Source: an uncultured Verrucomicrobiae bacterium (GTDB taxonomy: Bacteria; Verrucomicrobiota; Verrucomicrobiia; Limisphaerales; Palsa-1400). From it: a stretch of DNA of 64,000 bases. Below the pieces are notes generated by a model. It had not been told where the DNA came from. It worked only from the letters and a program-made list of their open reading frames with translations, and did no database searches. Shown here piece by piece: positions 1-9,777 of this stretch. A program made the position numbers and the translations under genes. The stretch spans positions 1,888,001-1,952,000 of the forward strand of contig CAVXRD010000002.1 of the NCBI GenBank assembly GCA_963764165.1. The letters are read 5' to 3'. Position 1 is the stretch's first letter, and each line of letters opens with the position of its first letter.

Positions 1-497
1 GTGGATTTTAGCACCTGGACGCTTTCCGTCATAAAACGGGCGAAGCCATTAGTGTCCTCCAGTTTGCCTCCGAAGGAATCGGGCGCATCATGCGGGCCTT
101 CCGGGACTATCAATACGGCATTCACGCCGCTGTCGCAAAACTGCTCGATCAATTTGTATCTGGCGAGCGAGCCCGCCACCGTGTTGTTCCACCCGTGAAA
201 GTGAACGACGAAATCAACCTTCGCGCCTGGGTGGAAATTTTTTGGAATGAACATCGCCACAGTGCTGTCGGAATAATGCTCCTGCGCGGAGTAAAGCTTG
301 TCGTGATATTTATGTCCGTCCGCACGGGCCGGATGCGGGAATGAAGCAGACACAAACGGGCGAACAATCAACGTTCCGTAATTCGCGAATTTTGCTTCCA
401 GGGAGGCGTTTTGATCCGCGTTGGTCTCAGCCGCGGACGCGGTGCAAAGGGCCACAATTGGAACTATCAACAGCGCAATGGCAACCGGCAATTTCAT
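1..497 (-). CDS. Secreted hypothetical protein, probable alpha/beta-hydrolase-like (partial, runs off window start)
   Basis: Own translation from ATG 497: MKLPVAIALLIVPIVALCTASAA (signal peptide)...VDFVVHFHGWNN...NAVLIVPEGP...; open to the window edge and absent from the ORF track. Confidence 0.75.
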   Translation of the reverse strand, partial: MKLPVAIALLIVPIVALCTASAAETNADQNASLEAKFANYGTLIVRPFVSASFPHPARADGHKYHDKLYSAQEHYSDSTVAMFIPKNFHPGAKVDFVVHFHGWNNTVAGSLARYKLIEQFCDSGVNAVLIVPEGPHDAPDSFGGKLEDTNGFARFMTESVQVLKS

Positions 498-1168
498 GCA
501 AGCGGGCACGATGCGTTGAACCGGAAAAAATGTAAACCGGTTTTTGATTCTGATATGTTCGTTCGAGCGTCCTGGGGCGCAAGACAATTTCTTTGTTTCC
601 TTTGTTTCCCTGATGCAAAAGGAATTTGGGAATAAGGGAACGAAGATAACGAAGAGAAAGTTTTGGCGAAACAATTCGATGGCCGGGTTCAAAAATAAGC
701 AAAAGCGATATAATCTCCAAAAAGGGGCAACACCCGCTACACTGTTGATAACAAGGCATTTAAGCAGCTACAAAAGTAGCTACAGACCCGCAACAGACCC
801 GCTACATTTGTTCCAACTGGAGCCAATTGATTGAAACAGTGCTTTCCATTGGTGTTTCCAAACTCAATTGGCGCGGCATCCTGCCGCCCTCTGACACCCG
901 GCAATCCATGTCCCAACCTCGCGAAAAACCAAGGGTGCAAGAGGGTGCAATAGCGTGCAATGCCTCCAGGCTCGAATTGCGTGTGATTGCAGGTGGTGAG
1001 GACATTTGGGCGGACGCACAGGTCCGCCCTGCCAAATTGAGGTAGGGCCGGCGCTGCGTCGCCGCCCAAATATTATCGAGGCCCCCAACATTCATCCCCT
1101 CACGATTTATTCAGTTGCCCTTCCCGACAGCCCGTCAAAACCAACTGATCCCCGGGGCCGAAATCCGC

Positions 1169-1184
1169 ACAATGTCAAAGAACA
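1169..1184 (-). promoter_or_regulatory. boxA-like antitermination motif
   Basis: TGTTCTTTGACATTGT on minus strand, 2 mismatches to E. coli rrn boxA TGCTCTTTAACA. Confidence 0.5.
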
Positions 1185-1191
1185 CGCCCAA

Positions 1192-1464
1192 GCAGCCCGT
1201 TAAAAAACTATGGACAATGCTGTTTCGCCAAAAGTGGCCCGCCGACAAGGCGGGACGAAGGAGCATGTCCAAACGGGACCTGTGACTGAGGAGCAACGCA
1301 GTCGCCGGGCCACTTTTGGCGAAACCCTTCGGGCTGAGGGCCTTTTGGCTCGGTTCTTTGTCGTTCCTCACTCCCAGATCCATTCGGATATGCTCGCTCG
1401 TCTCTCCGCGAACCAACCCAAAACTCCTCTCAGCAGCAATGTCCATAGTTTTTTAACGGGCTGC
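1192..1464. mobile_element. MITE (273 bp) with 31-bp terminal inverted repeats and CAA target duplication
   Basis: GCAGCCCGTTAAAAAACTATGGACAATGCTG (1192-1222) matches the reverse complement of 1434-1464 at 30/31; CAA on both flanks; no convincing CDS. Confidence 0.85.
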
Positions 1465-1481
1465 CAACGGCGACAGGGAGA

Positions 1482-1509
1482 AGTATAAGGCCAAAGCCAT
1501 TTTGGTCAA
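1482..1509 (-). promoter_or_regulatory. sigma70-type promoter
   Basis: TTGACC-N16-TATACT on minus strand. Confidence 0.6.
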
Positions 1510-1831
1510 TTCTTTATGTAAGTACACGCTTCTGTGGTATTATGGGACATGACAAACGAAACGGCCCTCGTCACTTTTCATTAAAACCAAAGCGGCGGAT
1601 TTCAACGCAAGGACGCGCAAGACGAAGGATTTGGCTGACTTTTTTGGAAAGGAGCGCCGCGTGAGGGCACGCGGCCTACAAGGACGCCGCCAATTCAGCA
1701 TTGCAGGCCGGGTGCCCTTAACGGCGGCGGTCGGGTCAAGGGGGCATGGGCGGAGCATTGAATATTTATAATCTCCAAAATACCGCTACAACCGCTACAT
1801 CGTTGAGATTCAATCGGATAAAGCAACATTT

Positions 1832-2184
1832 GGTTCCTCGCTGTTTTTCAGTGGAATAGCCGCATCGTGTTCCGCTTGCGGGCCACCCCACCCATGCCAA
1901 GGGGATTGGAATCATGTAGCCCACGGTTGCCCGATTCCGAGAGGGCTACCCTGGGTCAGCGCCAGAACATCATCAACCCTGAAAGGGTTGTATCGCCTCT
2001 ATAAGCATCTGGTATTCAACCCTTTCAGTGTTTTGGAACTTAAATGCTGCCGACCCCAGCGTAGGCCCTCTCAGAATCGGGCCAACGCTGGGCTGAATGA
2101 TAAAATCCCTTCGGGATTTACGGACAGGTTTTCAGAGCAAGCATCAAAGGGATCATGGCATTCCACTGAAAACAGCGAGGACCC
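1832..2184. mobile_element. ISL3-like MITE containing a long hairpin repeat (1894-2117)
   Basis: GGTTCCTCGCTGTTTTTCAGTGGAAT (1832-1857) and ATTCCACTGAAAACAGCGAGGACCC (2160-2184) are inverted repeats resembling ISL3 ends; internal ~220 bp imperfect palindrome; no TSD. Confidence 0.65.
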
Positions 2185-2289
2185 GATTAAAGCCCATCGC
2201 CGGTGGTTGCGCAAAGCCCAGCGAAGCAATACAAGCGTTTCGTGGATGGACGAAATGCACGCTTGACAAGATTTATGACGCAACGATTG

Positions 2290-2448
2290 AATCTGGAACG
2301 CCCGAACGCAGGAAAGGAGACTGAAGTTGTTTTCACGTGCGTCCTGGGTTCGGATGCGCCACCAAGCATTAATTTACGGACTCCACATCACCACCATTGT
2401 CTGAAAGACGACCCTGGTCTCTTTTCCTGAGTTCGGGAGTTCCAGATT
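2290..2448. repeat. Palindromic repeat family A, copy 1
   Basis: AATCTGGAACGCCCGAACGCAGGAAAGGAGAC...GTCTCTTTTCCTGAGTTCGGGAGTTCCAGATT; related copies at 44551 and 58757. Confidence 0.75.
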
Positions 2449-3117
2449 ATAATCTCCAAAAAGTGGCAACCTTTTCGGCAATACGGTGGCAACAAACTGG
2501 CAATATTTTGGGTCTATGGGTTAAATGCGAGTGCCAATCCAAAACCGCCAGTTCCAGGACGCCAAGCCACTTCGCCTAGGATTTCCGCGATCGCGAAGGC
2601 GGCGACAACTTCCGCCGTGGAAGGCTAAGGAGGACAGGTCTGGCTTTGCATCGGCAGCGCATTGGCGCACGCCGACGAAAACGGCTCCAACATCCAGCTT
2701 GAAACCGTCCCGCTGGATGGAATTTGTCGCGTCGAAGTGAAACGGAGATGGCCGCATCGATCTTCGTGTCGCTTCCGAAAAATCCAATAGCCGTCTTGGG
2801 GGGGCTTCACAGCCCACCCATTCCCTTATTTTTAAGGCGCGAAATCCTGCTTGCGCGTCAACCTGCACTCTGCTCATATCCGAATGTCCAGAAAAAAAGT
2901 ATGCAATTGAAACAACTTGACAACAGATTTGTGGCTTCGGCTGCTGTCCAATCCAAAGCTGGTAGTTTTGACTTGTAGGAGACGGTTCGAGGCGCGCCGC
3001 CGTGGGCGGCCCCGAAAGTGTTCCTGTGAGGACATACCAGTGCCTGGATTGGGGCGTGATTAGGTCATGCCTCTTTTCGTATTGAACAGTCGGAGTTGCG
3101 GAAGACTCCACGAATAT

Positions 3118-6100
3118 ATGAATAAATTACGGGTAAACCCGGCAGTTTGCCGGATAATTAAAACAACACTGGTCTGGCCGTTATCAGAATACTGCCTGAG
3201 ATTTGCCTTGCGTTTGACATTGGCGCTGGGTGTTTGCGGCCTGGCGAGTCCTTGGATGGCGCAGGCCGTTGGAACTTGGGTGCAGTTGGTTAATCAGCCA
3301 CCCAGTGGGTCAACCTGCTACATGAATTTGTTGTCAGATGGAACCGTCATGGCACAGGACATTCGCAGTGGAGCAAAAAACTGGTATCGTTTGACACCTG
3401 ACGCTCATGGTAGCTACCTCAATGGAACCTGGTCCACGCTCACGCCGATGCACGATGGTCGAAATGCTTACGCTTCTCAAGTTCTGACTGATGGCCGAGT
3501 ATTCGTTGCAGGCGGAGAGAGCGGTGGCGGAAATGGTTCGGCTGAGATTTATGACCCATTGCTCGACACATGGACATATTGCGCTGGCACTGGATTCGGG
3601 GTGCAATTTTATGACAACATATCTGAAATTTTGCCCAATGGAAACGTGCTAATTTCACCAGTTCAACCCGCCTCGCCCGGTTTGACGATGGTTTACAACC
3701 CCAGCCTAAACTCCTGGATTAGCAGCCCGCCACTTTACCGCGGCTACAACCAAGACGAAGCAAGTTGGGTTAAGCTTCCAGACAACAGTATCCTCACCGT
3801 TGATCCTTATGGCACAAATTCGGAACGTTTCATACCGTTTTTGAACAAATGGATTAACGATGCGATCCTCCCAGTCGCTGTGTATGACGTTCGCAACCTT
3901 GAGATTGGAGCTGCTTTACTTCTTCCAAATGGCAAGGCGATTGTCCTTGGAGCCACCGGTAACACTGCACTATACACCCCAAGCGGCACAACAAACATGG
4001 GTTCTTGGCACGCGGGCGCCCTAATTCCGGCAGGACAAGGCGCTATAGACGCCCCGGCGGCTGTGATGCCAAATGGCAAAGTTTTGTGCATGTTTTCCAC
4101 AGCGCCATCCTATGGACCTCCTTGCACTTTCTACGAGTACGACCCGATTGCTAACAACTTCACTCAAACAACATTTCCTGGGAACAGTTCAAATTATTAT
4201 CCGAACGATGCCCGCATGCTTATTTTGCCAGATGGAACAGTATTGTTTTCCAACAATGGCTTCGGTCCGGTTTACGCTTATCAGCCCGATGGCTCTCCCC
4301 TCCCTGCGGGACAACCGACCATTAAAAGTATTACGACGAACGCTTACCGTTCTTATCATCTGACGGGCACCTTGTTAAATGGCCTCAATGAAGGCGCAGG
4401 CTATGGTGATGACGCGCAGATGAATAGCAATTACCCGCTCGTGCGGATGACCAATAATGCCACCGGCAAAGTCTATTACGCCCGCACCTATAATTGGAGC
4501 AGCACGGGCGTCATGACCGGAACCAACATCGTCTCGACAGAGTTTATGGTGCCTGAAAATCTGCCTTCGGGGAATTATTCTTTGGTCGTGGTGGCAAACG
4601 GCATCGGTTCTGCGCCAGTATCGTTTGCCTTCAATCCTGACCCATTGGGCATCACCATCCTGGCCGGTTTTGCCAGTGACGGGCCAATCGGCGGGCCATT
4701 CAATCCTGCTTATCAAGCGTATTTTTTGAACAACAGGGGCACATCTACGCTAAGTTGGAGTTTGGTTAACACTTCCCTTTGGCTCAACGTTTCTCCCGTT
4801 GGGGGTGCATTGGTTCCAGGTGGGCAATCCACAGTGATTGCAAGCGTGAGTTCTGCGGCTACAAATCTTCCGGTTGGGATATACACCGCCACGGTCTGGT
4901 TCACCAATTTAAGCAGCGGGGCGGCGCAAAGCATCCCATTCACCTTGCAAGTAAATCCGTTCATTCAGAATGGTGGTTTTGAAACTGGCAGTTTCGGTGA
5001 CTGGACATTGTCAGGGAACGCTGGTTCTAGCTACGTTGCCGCATCGACGAATGCCAACATAAATAATCCCAGCTATGCTCACTCCGGTTATTTCTCCGCT
5101 TTCCTCGGGATGGACGCGAATTGGGGTTATCTCTCGCAAACTGTTCAGACAACGCCCGGCCAATCTTACTTATTATCCCTTTTTGTGAATAGCCCTTCCG
5201 GGACGGGGAGTTCCAACGAGTTCGCCGTTTCTTGGGATGGAATAACAGTCTTTGATCAGCAGGAATTTACAACAGTTGGCTGGACGAATTTGGAATACGT
5301 TGTGGAGGCTACAAGTGACAGCACAGAATTGGAATTCTCGTATGAGAACGCCACAAATTTCTTCCGATTGGACGATGTCGCTCTCACCAACCTGCCGCCA
5401 TCTTTATCCATCGCGGCGCAGCCTACAAGCCAAGTTATCCCCGCCGGAGCAAGCGCAGACCTTTCAGTTTTGGTGGGCGGAACGCCTCCCTTCACTTATC
5501 AGTGGCAGAAAAATGGAACCAATTTGATCAACGGTGGAGACATCTCAGGTTCCGACACGGCAAACCTGTCGGTCAACAACGCTGTGGTCGCCGACAGCGG
5601 AATTTATACAGTGGTTGTGGACAGCGGTTCGCTGTCCGTCACAAGTCTTGTAGCCACGCTGACGGTCGCTGGCATCTCGCCCAATTGCGCTGTCTCGGCC
5701 CCGGAAGGGCTAATTTCCTGGTGGACAGGCAACTATACAGCCAATGACCTCGTAGGCACAAACAATGGCACGTTGCAAAATGGAACCTCGTATGCGACGG
5801 GCTTGGGTGGGTATGCCTTCAGCTTGAACGGCGTCAATCAATATGTTGCGGTTCCTGACTCGCCGTCGCTTTCAATCCCCACAGGCAGCCCATATTCACT
5901 CGAAGCTTGGGTTTATCGGACGCAAAACTACCTTCCATTCCATGTGCTTGGCAAACGAATCGATGGCGGCAGCGACAACTACCAAATGGGTTACGACGGC
6001 AGCAGCCCAAATGTGCCTTTGAACGCATGGACGCACCTCGTGGACACTTATGACGGATCACTTTATTATTTGCGGTACTATAATGGGGCGCTAGTTCAAA

Positions 6101-6510
6101 CAATCCAAGATTCCCCCGCATCTTTTACAACGAACAATGCCGTATTTCGAATTGGCGAATCAGCTGATTTCGCGGTATTTCCTGGGCTGATCGAGAACGT
6201 CCGAATTTACAACCGGGCACTTTCCGCCACAGAAATTCAAGCCATTTACATGGCTGGCAGCAATGGAATGTGTGCGCCGACGCCGTTGATGTTTGCCGGC
6301 GCTCCCAATTTCAACAAAACCAACGGTGTTATTTTGAACACCAGCTTGCGTAGCGGCCAAAGCTACCACATCCAAGCCAACACGGATCTCGCCACAACCA
6401 ACTGGATCGTCTTGACCAATTTCATCGCCGGGACAGTACCCGTTGTCAGTTTTACAAATAAAGCGGCAACGAACATTCCGCAGCAGTTTTATCGGATTGT
6501 TTCGCCTTAA
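3118..6510 (+). CDS. Large secreted multidomain protein: kelch/galactose-oxidase-like propeller, BACON-like, carbohydrate-binding-like, Ig and LamG domains
   Basis: Signal peptide ending MAQA; LLSDGTV/LTDGRVFVAGG/LLPNGK repeats; IQNGGFETG; YQWQKNG...DSGIYTV (Ig); LamG IENVRIYNRALS; C-terminal QQFYRIVSP. Start 3118 preferred over 3067. Confidence 0.85.
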   Translation: MNKLRVNPAVCRIIKTTLVWPLSEYCLRFALRLTLALGVCGLASPWMAQAVGTWVQLVNQPPSGSTCYMNLLSDGTVMAQDIRSGAKNWYRLTPDAHGSYLNGTWSTLTPMHDGRNAYASQVLTDGRVFVAGGESGGGNGSAEIYDPLLDTWTYCAGTGFGVQFYDNISEILPNGNVLISPVQPASPGLTMVYNPSLNSWISSPPLYRGYNQDEASWVKLPDNSILTVDPYGTNSERFIPFLNKWINDAILPVAVYDVRNLEIGAALLLPNGKAIVLGATGNTALYTPSGTTNMGSWHAGALIPAGQGAIDAPAAVMPNGKVLCMFSTAPSYGPPCTFYEYDPIANNFTQTTFPGNSSNYYPNDARMLILPDGTVLFSNNGFGPVYAYQPDGSPLPAGQPTIKSITTNAYRSYHLTGTLLNGLNEGAGYGDDAQMNSNYPLVRMTNNATGKVYYARTYNWSSTGVMTGTNIVSTEFMVPENLPSGNYSLVVVANGIGSAPVSFAFNPDPLGITILAGFASDGPIGGPFNPAYQAYFLNNRGTSTLSWSLVNTSLWLNVSPVGGALVPGGQSTVIASVSSAATNLPVGIYTATVWFTNLSSGAAQSIPFTLQVNPFIQNGGFETGSFGDWTLSGNAGSSYVAASTNANINNPSYAHSGYFSAFLGMDANWGYLSQTVQTTPGQSYLLSLFVNSPSGTGSSNEFAVSWDGITVFDQQEFTTVGWTNLEYVVEATSDSTELEFSYENATNFFRLDDVALTNLPPSLSIAAQPTSQVIPAGASADLSVLVGGTPPFTYQWQKNGTNLINGGDISGSDTANLSVNNAVVADSGIYTVVVDSGSLSVTSLVATLTVAGISPNCAVSAPEGLISWWTGNYTANDLVGTNNGTLQNGTSYATGLGGYAFSLNGVNQYVAVPDSPSLSIPTGSPYSLEAWVYRTQNYLPFHVLGKRIDGGSDNYQMGYDGSSPNVPLNAWTHLVDTYDGSLYYLRYYNGALVQTIQDSPASFTTNNAVFRIGESADFAVFPGLIENVRIYNRALSATEIQAIYMAGSNGMCAPTPLMFAGAPNFNKTNGVILNTSLRSGQSYHIQANTDLATTNWIVLTNFIAGTVPVVSFTNKAATNIPQQFYRIVSP

Positions 6511-6748
6511 TTCGCACTATACCCCACCATCCAAAAAGCATCAGCTTGCCGCTCGCTTCCAGCGTGGCAGGACGCCGCGCAATTGGTGCCACTTGTCCGG
6601 TTCCCAGTTGAGTCTGACCTTTGGCCGTTCGCGCTTCGCAGATGAGCATTCCGACTTGCCCCCGCCACCCCCCAAGCCACGCCTCCCGCTATGCACTCCC
6701 GGCCATGCGTCAGAACAGCGCGTCCCCGCGCCCCGCTCGACGATGTTT

Positions 6749-7489
6749 TCAAATTAATTGAGGACAAATGAACGATTCGTTTTTTCGTCTGACTCGTGCC
6801 CGGGAAAGAAGCTCTTGCGGGTCTTTGAAAACATCCAGCGGACCCTGAATTTCCTGGCCTTTGCGTGCCAGCCGCAACAAACCCTTCTTGTCCCGGCTCA
6901 ACGCCAGCCGTTGGTAGAGAAGACTGTTGATCTGCCGCTCCAATTCACGGGCCGACCAGTTGTTTTGGAGGGCTTCGATTTCATAGAAGGATCTCGCTTC
7001 ACGCTTCTCCATGCGCAGCAGTGTCCGATAGTGCGTCCAAGACAGGTTAGCGTGAAGCCGTCCAGGTCGCCAGGATTCCACTGGCGGGGCGTTCAGCATG
7101 GCAGGGAGAGATTCATCACGCACCGCGTGATGAATTGCCGAACTGCAGGTGCGGCGTGAAGAAATGGATTTATCACGCACTGAGTGATGAATTCTTTTCG
7201 GTAATAAATCTCCGTATTCAAGATAGAATTGCCGGAACCAACGCAGATTGGTCTCTGAATAACCTGCCCCAAATTCCGCCGTCAGTTTGCCAGCCAAATC
7301 CAGCAGCAGCATATCGCCATAACCAGCCTTTTTCTCGCCCTGCTGCTCCTCCTCCACAATCTCCCGCCCGATCAGCCAGTTCGCGATCACCTGCGTGGTG
7401 TTCACCGTGCGCGTCACGCCCGTCCGGGCCGATTCCAGAATCTCGCGGACGCGCTGGTAAAGCGCTTTGGTCCTCGTTTTCTTCTTCAT
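6749..7489 (-). pseudogene. DUF1016/YhcG family protein, C-terminally truncated (lacks PD-(D/E)XK domain)
   Basis: WLIGREIVEEEQ..AGYG, LSWTHYRTLL, FYEIEA..NWSARELERQINSLLY; similarity stops at KDP, followed by 22 unrelated residues. Confidence 0.75.
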
Positions 7490-7543
7490 GCTCGACGACA
7501 TTATATCATCCCTCCAAATCGTTAAGGAGCATTCTGGATGCGA

Positions 7544-9586
7544 TTACCAAACTGAAACGCGCTTTTCCGGCGGGCGCCACATGGGGGAGCCGGGCTTGAC
7601 TCCGAAGGCTTCGTAGAAATCCGGCATGTTCGACAGCGGGCCGATGACGCGCCATTTGGCGGGGGCGTGGACGTCGCTGAGCAGGGCGCGGCGCAGGCGC
7701 TCGTCGCGTTCCTGGAACAACCACGAATAAGCATAGGCGAGGAAGTAACGCTGCAACGGAGTCAGCCCGCCGATTTTTTTGCCTTCGCGATATTGTTCGG
7801 TCTTTTTGAAAGCGTCCAGTCCGAGCAGCAAGCCGCCGTAATCGGCCAGATTCTCGCCGAGGCTCGCCTTGCCGTTGATGTGCAATCCGGGCAGCGGTTC
7901 ATACGCGTCGAATTGCGCCGCCATCACTTCGGCCCGTTTTTGGAAACGCGCGGCGTCTTCCGTGGTCCACCAATCGGTCAGATTTCCTTTGGCGTCGAAC
8001 TTGCGGCCTTCGTCGTCGAAACCGTGAGTGATTTCGTGGCCGATGGTGGAGGCGGCGGCGTATCCGTAAACAAACGCGTCGTCCAATTGATCATCGCGCA
8101 TGCCGGGCACGGCGAACATCGCGGCGGGCAGGACGATTTCGTTGTTGGCGGGTTCGTAATAGGCGTTGTAGGTCTGCGGGGTCATCTCCCATTCGGTGCG
8201 GTCGACGGGTTTGCCGAATTTGGAAATCATGTCGTTGTAACCCCAGCGCGAGGCGTTCATCATGTTCTCGCAATAGGAATTCGTGCTGATGACAAGCGCG
8301 GAGTAATCCTTCCATTTATCGGGATAACCGACCTTGGAGACAATTTTGGCCAGCTTCTCGTGCGCTTTGGCTTTCGTGGCGGCGCTCATCCAATCCAGCT
8401 TGTCGATGCGCTCGCCATAGGAAGTGCGGATAGCTTCGACGAGATTGGAATAGCGCTCCTTGGTCTTGGGCGGGAAGTATTCTTGCACAAAAATGCGGCC
8501 GAGAATCATTCCCATGGCGTGGCCTTGCGAATCCAGCGTGCGTTTCCAGCGCGGGCGCTGCTCTTTCTGGCCGGATAGCACTTTGCCCGCGAAAGAAAAC
8601 TCCTCCTCATCCCACGCCTTGCTCAGATATTCCGCGTAATCCGAAACCAAGTGGACGCGCAGGTAATCTTTTAAAACCGGAATCGGCGTCTTGGCGACCA
8701 AATGATTCATCGCCTTGAAGAATTCCGGCTGGCCTACAATCACGACGTCCGTGTGAAGAGCCATTTGGTTCAGGCGGTCATCCCAATGAATCAGCGGCGT
8801 GTATTTGGCAATGAGTTCGGCTGGCCCCATCTTGTTGTAATTGTGATCGGGGTCGCGCAAATCCTCCATTTTGCGGGAATCCTTGGCCAGCGCCGTCTCG
8901 AATTTCATGATCTTTTCCGCCGCCGATTTGGCCTCCCGCTCGGTGCGTCCCAGCATTTTCAACATGCGCGCCATGTGCGCGACGTATTCCTTGCGAATCT
9001 TCGCGGTGCCCGCTTCGGGATTGAAATAGAAATCGCGCTCCGGCAATCCCAGCCCGCCCTGGCTGATATGGACAGACATCAAATCGCTTTGTTTCTCGTC
9101 CTGGCCGACGCCGACGTCGAAAAAAGCGCCCACGCCGAGCGGCCGCAGAGCGAAAGCAACGTCCAACACATCGTTGACGTTTTTGATGGCATCAATCTGC
9201 GCGAGTTGCGGCTGGAGCGGTGTGAGACCGGCGCGCTCCGCCTTTTCCTCATCCATCGCCGTGCGCCAGAAGTCGCCGATCTTCTGCTGGTCGGAACCGG
9301 CCGGCGAATGCGCCTGCGCCGCGTCTTCGTTGATTTTGCGGAGTTTCCCGTAGAGTTCCTCATTGACCAGCTTGCCGACGCCCCATGTTGATTCCGAGGG
9401 CGGGATGGGATGGCGTTTCAGCCAAAGCCCATTGGCATATGTGAAGAAATCCGTTCCCGGGTCAACGGATGAGTCAATGTTGGCGGCGAGAATGTCTGCC
9501 TTATCGGGGTCCGCCGCTTGCGCAATTAAACGCGGCCCGGCAATTACCAAGCCAAGGGCGGCAACGGCGATATGAACCTTTTTCAT
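7544..9586 (-). CDS. M13 family (neprilysin/PepO-like) metallopeptidase, secreted
   Basis: Signal peptide, DFFTYANGLW, NAYY, HEITH zinc motif, GENLAD. Confidence 0.95.
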   Translation of the reverse strand: MKKVHIAVAALGLVIAGPRLIAQAADPDKADILAANIDSSVDPGTDFFTYANGLWLKRHPIPPSESTWGVGKLVNEELYGKLRKINEDAAQAHSPAGSDQQKIGDFWRTAMDEEKAERAGLTPLQPQLAQIDAIKNVNDVLDVAFALRPLGVGAFFDVGVGQDEKQSDLMSVHISQGGLGLPERDFYFNPEAGTAKIRKEYVAHMARMLKMLGRTEREAKSAAEKIMKFETALAKDSRKMEDLRDPDHNYNKMGPAELIAKYTPLIHWDDRLNQMALHTDVVIVGQPEFFKAMNHLVAKTPIPVLKDYLRVHLVSDYAEYLSKAWDEEEFSFAGKVLSGQKEQRPRWKRTLDSQGHAMGMILGRIFVQEYFPPKTKERYSNLVEAIRTSYGERIDKLDWMSAATKAKAHEKLAKIVSKVGYPDKWKDYSALVISTNSYCENMMNASRWGYNDMISKFGKPVDRTEWEMTPQTYNAYYEPANNEIVLPAAMFAVPGMRDDQLDDAFVYGYAAASTIGHEITHGFDDEGRKFDAKGNLTDWWTTEDAARFQKRAEVMAAQFDAYEPLPGLHINGKASLGENLADYGGLLLGLDAFKKTEQYREGKKIGGLTPLQRYFLAYAYSWLFQERDERLRRALLSDVHAPAKWRVIGPLSNMPDFYEAFGVKPGSPMWRPPEKRVSVW

Positions 9587-9690
9587 GGTGTCGGATGATA
9601 GATGAATACGCCGGGCGTCGCCACGATTATTGCAAGAACACGACGAATGCTCCCGCCTTCAACCATCGCGTCACCAAACAAAACAAAAGT

Positions 9691-9777
9691 TTGAACAGGA
9701 GGAAGACCGAGGGCGCGGAGACTGAAAAGCAATCTCAAAAAGTTCTTCTCTGCGCTCTCGGCCTTCCTCCTGTTCAA
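9691..9777. repeat. Palindromic repeat family B
   Basis: TTGAACAGGAGGAAGACCGAGGGCGCGGAG...CTCTGCGCTCTCGGCCTTCCTCCTGTTCAA; partial copies near 31255-31283 and 36443-36529. Confidence 0.8.

Noticed and set aside
1286..1335. Hammerhead-like CTGAGGA...GAAA in the MITE
   Set aside because: No U-H cleavage site or stem I, and the second MITE copy lacks GAAA
2521..3111. 196-aa minus-strand ORF and other short ORFs in 500-3100
   Set aside because: No motifs, they cross repeats, and composition is not protein-like
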